Source of the DNA: Promethearchaeia archaeon | GTDB lineage: Archaea; Asgardarchaeota; Lokiarchaeia; Sigyniarchaeales; SOKP01 | DNA: 11,836 nucleotides | Assembly (NCBI GenBank): GCA_029856125.1 | Contig: JAHQWJ010000004.1 | Location: 1-11,836 of the forward strand | Direction: 5' to 3' | Shown here: piece after piece, positions 6,947 through 11,836 of the stretch | Position numbering within the stretch: the stretch's first letter is position 1 | Layout: every line of letters begins with the position of its first letter | Made by a program: the position numbers and the translations under genes | The notes under the pieces: model-generated | The model's input: the letters and a program-made list of their open reading frames with translations, nothing else | Database searches by the model: none | What the model was told of the DNA's origin: nothing

Positions 6947-8410
6947 CTAATAACCCTTTGGTGGCTGAAATTTTCCAATTACATCTGCCATCTGGCCTGC
7001 AAAATCTATTGGAGTTGCATCTTCTAAATAAGGTCCCACGATTTGAATGCTCACGGGAAGTCCCTCCTTTGTTAGTCCAATTGGAGCTGTGGTTGCTGGG
7101 AGACCAGTCAATGTTGCAAATGATATCCAAAATGATAGATCGTAATATGGTCTTGGACCTTCTTGAGTGATTAGGCGGCGTTTTTCAAAAGGTTTACTAT
7201 GGTCATGAGGAAATGCTGGAATAAATACTGTTGGGAGGAGAAATACATCGTGAGTACGGAAATAATCTTGCCATATTGCTCTGGCTGTTATCCGATAACT
7301 GCTAATCGCCTGAAAATACTTATGAGGGGCTGTCCAAGCCCAAGCAATCCTAGCTTCCTCGCTGCCATCCTTTCTTGCAGCAATTTCGCGAAATTTTTCT
7401 AAATGTTTGGTTCGTAGCTCATTGGCATATGTGGATGATAATAAGAAACGATAGGCTTCATATTGATCTGATTGATTGACACCAGAGGGCCAACCTTCTT
7501 CTAATTTTACTCCTGTCTTACGAAGTGCTTTAACAGCTTGAATTAGCACCTCTTTCACATCAGAAGTAACCGGACAAAGGATATCATCTAAGACATAACC
7601 AATTCGATAATCAGATAAACGAGTTCCTCGTGAAGGCGGTAGATTCCAGCTATACGCAATGGCATCAGCAGGATCTGGTCCTCCAATGATTTTGAGAGCT
7701 AATTTGAGATCAGCAGCACTCCGCGCGAGCGGTCCAATTACAGCTAAGTCTTCTGGTGGTATCAGGACTTCTGGGGGAGGTGGGATATGACCGCGCATCG
7801 GAACGACATTCAGGCTAGGTTTGTGACCGTATACCCCACAAAAATGTGCAGGGATCCGGATTGACCCCCCGATATCACTCCCTAATGATAGATAGCTTAA
7901 TCCGGAAGCAAGTGCGGCTGCTCCACCCCCTGTTGAGCCACCCGGGGTACGTTTATGATCCCAAGGATTATTAGTTGTACCAAAGATCTTATTGTAACTT
8001 TGCCAATCACCAGCCATTAATGGTGTGTTGGTATGACCTATGATGACCGCTCCTGCCCCAAGCAATCGTTCAACAACTACTGCATGTCTTTTTGGTATAT
8101 AAGTAGCTAATTCAGGTGATCCAGCGGTTGTAAGAACATTTGCTATTTCGAGCGTGTCTTTTACTGTGCAGGGGACGCCATGTAGAGGCCCCCATAGTTT
8201 TCCTTTTGCCAGTGCGTTATCTGCAGCGCGAGCCCGATTAAGGGCATCATCCTTGAGGATTGTAACAACTGCATTAAGAGCGGGGTTATATTTTTCTATA
8301 CGATCAAGAATATGTTTAGTAAGTTCTAAGGAAGATACTTCTCCTTTCTCGATAGCCCTTGCAGCTTCTAATGCGGAAATAAAAACAAAGTCAGATGGTT
8401 CTGTCGGCAA
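6947..8410 (-). CDS. Amidase-signature family enzyme
   Basis: 487 aa, TTG start. GPLHGVPCTVKD (Lys84), TPGGSTGG (Ser159) and GSDIGGSIRIPA (Ser183) give an intact Ser-cisSer-Lys triad. C-terminal GLPATTAP...GLPVSIQIVG is also present. Confidence 0.93.
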   Translation of the reverse strand: MPTEPSDFVFISALEAARAIEKGEVSSLELTKHILDRIEKYNPALNAVVTILKDDALNRARAADNALAKGKLWGPLHGVPCTVKDTLEIANVLTTAGSPELATYIPKRHAVVVERLLGAGAVIIGHTNTPLMAGDWQSYNKIFGTTNNPWDHKRTPGGSTGGGAAALASGLSYLSLGSDIGGSIRIPAHFCGVYGHKPSLNVVPMRGHIPPPPEVLIPPEDLAVIGPLARSAADLKLALKIIGGPDPADAIAYSWNLPPSRGTRLSDYRIGYVLDDILCPVTSDVKEVLIQAVKALRKTGVKLEEGWPSGVNQSDQYEAYRFLLSSTYANELRTKHLEKFREIAARKDGSEEARIAWAWTAPHKYFQAISSYRITARAIWQDYFRTHDVFLLPTVFIPAFPHDHSKPFEKRRLITQEGPRPYYDLSFWISFATLTGLPATTAPIGLTKEGLPVSIQIVGPYLEDATPIDFAGQMADVIGKFQPPKGY

Positions 8411-8419
8411 TGATTATTT

Positions 8420-8425
8420 CCTCCT
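8420..8425 (-). promoter_or_regulatory. Shine-Dalgarno sequence AGGAGG for the amidase
   Basis: CCTCCT on the + strand is AGGAGG on the - strand, 9 nt upstream of the TTG at 8408-8410. Confidence 0.7.
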
Positions 8426-8465
8426 GAGATTGTGCAATTTTTTTTTTACTCATTAGTAATCACGA

Positions 8466-9077
8466 TTATGAAACCATATCTTTTGATAAGAAAGGGTATA
8501 CTTTGAAGATATTAAAATCGTTTCGTCTCATTTTAAAAAAATATTCTTTCTCCATCTTGTATTCTTCGTTCGCCCATAGTATTATCTCCTCTCTGGAATA
8601 GAACTTACCTTTGTTTTCAAGCGAATTTTGGAGAGCGAGACATTTTTTTGAGTAATTTGTAAAGTTTTTAACGTTATTGATGAGCATGTTCCATCCAATA
8701 GGGAACGCGCGACATTGGAAGGGTCTGGCTTCGTGAATCGTACACTTATTATCTTTTAAGAAGTGGCAATGCTCATCCTCGCCCGTAAACCTAAACCCCA
8801 AAGATTTAAATCGGTAGGTTTTTCCTCGTTCTGCGCCGGGTTCCTTCCAAAAAAACGAATCGTTTACTATTTTAAGGTATTCCCTTACGAATTGTTTTAA
8901 TTCCGACGTGGTTTTTATCTTTAAGTGATCCGCTAGCCGTTTAATATCGTCTTCGTACAAATACACTTCTCCTTCCTTAAAACCGCGACAACAAGAACCG
9001 CACATTTCGCAGGTGAAATACACGCCATTTTCGAACTTCTTTGCCAGCTGAATTTTATGTGAAGACGAATCGGTCAC
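8466..9077 (-). CDS. YkgJ-family cysteine-cluster protein (CxxCxxCC, putative Zn/Fe-S binding)
   Basis: 203 aa, GTG start, with FTCEMCGSCC, VYLYEDDIKRL, CHFL, and CTIHEARPFQCRAFP followed by a later Cys. Confidence 0.88.
   Translation of the reverse strand: MTDSSSHKIQLAKKFENGVYFTCEMCGSCCRGFKEGEVYLYEDDIKRLADHLKIKTTSELKQFVREYLKIVNDSFFWKEPGAERGKTYRFKSLGFRFTGEDEHCHFLKDNKCTIHEARPFQCRAFPIGWNMLINNVKNFTNYSKKCLALQNSLENKGKFYSREEIILWANEEYKMEKEYFFKMRRNDFNIFKVYPFLSKDMVS
8475..8576 (-). repeat. Direct-repeat copy 2 (3' end of the intact YkgJ-family gene)
   Basis: Aligns without gaps to 6829-6930 at an offset of 1646 bp. It includes a 34-nt identical block (8500-8533 = 6854-6887). Confidence 0.92.
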
Positions 9078-9355
9078 TTACAATCAGACACAAAAATAAG
9101 TACTATTAGATAGATATTAGCTTTTAACGCATATTAATTTCTCGATATCGTCAAGGATCCTTCGAGGAGACCCCCTAGTTACCATCAGTTTGTTCTTTTT
9201 CTCTTGCCATAATTGCACAAAATCTTTAATTTCTGCCCTAATAATAAAATGAGTACAATTTAACTTGTTTTAATAGTCTTAATTCATTGATTATTCTATG
9301 AAAGAAGTAAAAACTAATCAAAAATTTGAACTGAGCTCTGGGTTCTTATGTCCTC

Positions 9356-11581
9356 ATGAAATTTGATGCATCGAAGTTTGAGGGTGAACTACATCTTATT
9401 AAAGAGTTTTTGGTAAGTATAGACATTCAAGAATCTGAAAACTATAAAGAATGGTATGCTTACTATGTGAAAATCTATGGAAAAAAATATACAAATTTTG
9501 ATTTATTTATTATTTATTCGTTAGTATACTTAATCTCTCAACTATTTATCGTTAAATTCGTGTTAAATCAAGATATAAATTCAAATCAAGTTAAGATTAC
9601 CCCTGGTTTTCTTAATTCAATCCCACAAAAAGTTAAAGAAAGGTTTAACTTTAATGGCGATATCGAAGTGCTATTTTTTTCTCCTATTATAAATGCACTT
9701 AAAGATTTAGGAACAAAAAAATTCGATCAACTTATTCTTTATGTTGTAGAGAGAGTGAACTTAATTAATACCCAACCGGAATACTTTTTTGATTACACTG
9801 TTCAAAATATTATACACGCTCATGTCAGGCATAAAGCTGGAGAGTTTTATACACCTCCTTTTATCGTGAAAAAAATGGTGGAAGACTCATACGATTTAGG
9901 TGAAAAAGTCATTGATCCGTGCTGTGGCTCAGGCAATTTTATTATTGAAATAATTAAAACAATTTTAAATGCGAATTACACCAAAAGAGAAAGAATCGAA
10001 GCGCTCAAAAAATTACATGGTATTGATATAAACCCAATATCGATCTATTTAACAAAATTAAACCTATTATATTTATTAAAAGAAGATTTTCGTCATCTTA
10101 ATTCCAATTTTATAACTACTGACTTTTTGTTTCAGAATAAGGCAGAAATAAAAGAAAACTTTGATTTAGTAATAGGTAATCCTCCTTGGTTTACTTTAAG
10201 GGATATAGAAAGCCGGAATTATCAAGAAAAAATCAAAAATTTAGCTGAAGAGCTTGAAATAAAACCACTTCCAAAAAATGTCTTGAATATTGAAATTGCC
10301 TCGCTCTTTTTCTATAAAGCCAAAATATCACTTATGAAAGACAACGCAAAAATGTTCTTTGTTATTACTAAGGGAGTTATAAACGGATCTCACGCAGCCC
10401 GATTTCGCAATTTTCAGGGATTTCATAATATAAAACTGTGGAAATTTACAAAACAGATTACTGATATATTCAATATAGATTTTATATGCATTTACGCTCA
10501 GAAGTCAGAAGAAGATCAAGTAATATATAATTTAGAAGTACCTTCCTTCCTCTTTTCAGTAAATTTAAACAGTAAAAAATTAAATTACTACGATTCAATA
10601 GATCTTTCCTTGGAAAAAACTGAAGAACTAGTTCCCTATAATACCGAAATGAAAGGAAATAAATATTATACAAATAAACTTGTTACTAAAGAAAAACAAC
10701 AACAGCTTATCCCTATTAAAACGAGTGAATACAAAAAGCTATTCCATAAAGGAGCAGATTTAAATCCAAGAAATTTAATTTTCTTTAAAAAGAGAATTCG
10801 AAATGATTCTCTCATAATAATAAATCCCGATCCGAGAATCTTCAAGAGAGCTAAAGAACCTTGGGTTAAAATTGAATTCTCTAACGAGATTATTGAAAAA
10901 GATTATATGTTTAAAGTGATAAAGAGTACAGAATTGGTTAAGTTTTATGTGTATGACTTCTATAACGTCTTCTTACCTTTAAAAAAGGAAGATTTAAGCT
11001 TTGACTATCATTCTTTGAAAGCACATGCTAAAAAGTTTTACGATAAAATTAATAAGGTTTATTTAAATAACAAAAAAGATTCGACAATGAACGAATCTTT
11101 AATGGATAACCTAAATCGGTGGTCTAAATTAATAAATGCTCGTCAAATATCTAAAATAAAAGTCGTGTATAATAATTCTGGATCAGTTGTTAACTCCGCA
11201 GTCGTTCAAGGAGATTTTCTTATTACCGGAGATTTAAGCTTTTATTCAACCAATAATATGAACGAAGCGTATTACTTATCTGCAATTCTAAATTCACCTT
11301 TAATGACAAAACAAGTTCAGATAAAGAAGAGTTCAAGGCATATTTTTAAAATCCCGTTTGAGATACCTATAAAAATTTACGATGAGAATAATGAAAATCA
11401 TAGAAAACTTGCTGAATTAGCAAAGAAGGCTCATAAAATATCTGAAACCACTACACTCGAATTAAAAAAGAAAAACACTCAAACTATATCAAAAAATAAA
11501 ATCCAATCAATTCTTAGTAAGGATTTAGCACTAATTTTGAATGAAATCGATGAAATTGTAACTAATGAATTGAAGACTTAG
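9356..11581 (+). CDS. N6-adenine DNA methyltransferase, gamma class (N-6 DNA methylase / Eco57I-TaqI-like) with a C-terminal target-recognition region
   Basis: 741 aa with GEFYTP (motif X), VIDPCCGSGNF (motif I), GIDINP (motif II) and FDLVIGNPPW (motif IV) in gamma order. The C-terminal KVVY...EAYYLSAILNS pattern is typical of TaqI-like TRDs. Confidence 0.88.
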   Translation: MKFDASKFEGELHLIKEFLVSIDIQESENYKEWYAYYVKIYGKKYTNFDLFIIYSLVYLISQLFIVKFVLNQDINSNQVKITPGFLNSIPQKVKERFNFNGDIEVLFFSPIINALKDLGTKKFDQLILYVVERVNLINTQPEYFFDYTVQNIIHAHVRHKAGEFYTPPFIVKKMVEDSYDLGEKVIDPCCGSGNFIIEIIKTILNANYTKRERIEALKKLHGIDINPISIYLTKLNLLYLLKEDFRHLNSNFITTDFLFQNKAEIKENFDLVIGNPPWFTLRDIESRNYQEKIKNLAEELEIKPLPKNVLNIEIASLFFYKAKISLMKDNAKMFFVITKGVINGSHAARFRNFQGFHNIKLWKFTKQITDIFNIDFICIYAQKSEEDQVIYNLEVPSFLFSVNLNSKKLNYYDSIDLSLEKTEELVPYNTEMKGNKYYTNKLVTKEKQQQLIPIKTSEYKKLFHKGADLNPRNLIFFKKRIRNDSLIIINPDPRIFKRAKEPWVKIEFSNEIIEKDYMFKVIKSTELVKFYVYDFYNVFLPLKKEDLSFDYHSLKAHAKKFYDKINKVYLNNKKDSTMNESLMDNLNRWSKLINARQISKIKVVYNNSGSVVNSAVVQGDFLITGDLSFYSTNNMNEAYYLSAILNSPLMTKQVQIKKSSRHIFKIPFEIPIKIYDENNENHRKLAELAKKAHKISETTTLELKKKNTQTISKNKIQSILSKDLALILNEIDEIVTNELKT

Positions 11582-11673
11582 CTAAATTTAGATATAATAA
11601 AATAAAAGGGCAAATTTGTATTATTAATAATAAATTGGTTATTAGGATTAATTTTTAAAATACACGATACATA

Positions 11674-11836
11674 ATGAGGAACTTCGTTTTTAAAATACTC
11701 GTAGGCGGTGACGGCGCAGCAGGTAAAACCACGCTACTCAGAAAATTCGTAGATGGTACCTTCGACGCGTCTAGCATTGCAACAGTGGGAGTCGATTTCT
11801 TCATTAAACAAGTAATATATGAAAATGTCGGAACTT
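11674..11836 (+). CDS. Ras-superfamily, Rab-like small GTPase (5' part, truncated by the window edge)
   Basis: Manual translation: MRNFVFKILVGGDGAAGKTTLLRKFVDGTFDASSIATVGVDFFIKQVIYENVGT. It has the G1 motif GDGAAGKT, the G2 Thr and a RabF1-like VGVDF. It is absent from the supplied ORF track. Confidence 0.92.
   Translation, partial: MRNFVFKILVGGDGAAGKTTLLRKFVDGTFDASSIATVGVDFFIKQVIYENVGT

Noticed and set aside
6947-8410. GatA (Glu-tRNA amidotransferase subunit A)
   Set aside because: It has GSDIGGSIRIPA rather than GSDTGGSIRQPA, and no gatB or gatC is adjacent. It is a generic amidase.
6829-8576. Diversity-generating retroelement (TR/VR pair at a gene 3' end)
   Set aside because: Mismatches are not adenine-specific in either copy (for example GCG/GCT and TTC/TTT involve no A, and TTA/ATA and TAT/TTT point in opposite directions). 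There is also no reverse transcriptase in the window.
9298-9366. 22-codon upstream ORF overlapping the methyltransferase start
   Set aside because: Too short, with no motif and no slippery site that I can support.
1871-10673. Short ORFs in the track (1871-2080, 4042-4236, 4085-4291, 4409-4612, 6335-6547, 6933-7130, 6958-7170, 7199-7402, 8154-8456, 10482-10673)
   Set aside because: All overlap longer, motif-supported genes antisense or out of frame and show no recognisable motifs.
11582-11632. AT-rich palindromes (CTAAATTTAG, TATTATTAATAATA) before the GTPase
   Set aside because: Plausible by chance in such AT-rich spacer DNA, with no supporting evidence.
1-11836. CRISPR array, tRNA/rRNA, transposase or integrase
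   Set aside because: No regularly spaced repeats, cloverleaf or rRNA-like sequence, or recombinase/transposase motifs were seen by eye.

Overview
AT-rich window that reads as Asgard archaeal, probably Lokiarchaeia-like. This is inferred from a Rab-like small GTPase, a longin-like domain, an HdrA-MvhD fusion and archaeal-type wHTH proteins. Gene order: tandem winged-helix regulator (+), 7TM/longin-like membrane protein (+), ArsR-type HTH (+), DUF711 (-), HdrA-MvhD fusion (-), amidase-signature enzyme (-), YkgJ-type CxxCxxCC protein (-), gamma-class N6-adenine DNA methyltransferase (+), and the 5' end of a Rab-like GTPase (+, not in the ORF track). Three things stand out. (1) A 7TM receptor-like domain is fused to a longin-like domain and apparently co-transcribed with a wHTH regulator, suggesting a membrane-sensor-to-GTPase signalling module. 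(2) The amidase gene lies between two diverged ~100-bp direct repeats of the YkgJ 3' end, 1646 bp apart, which looks like a single-gene cassette with no mobility genes. (3) An in-frame TAA cuts the last MvhD helix of hdrA-mvhD, and a 37-codon MvhD-like frame continues after it.
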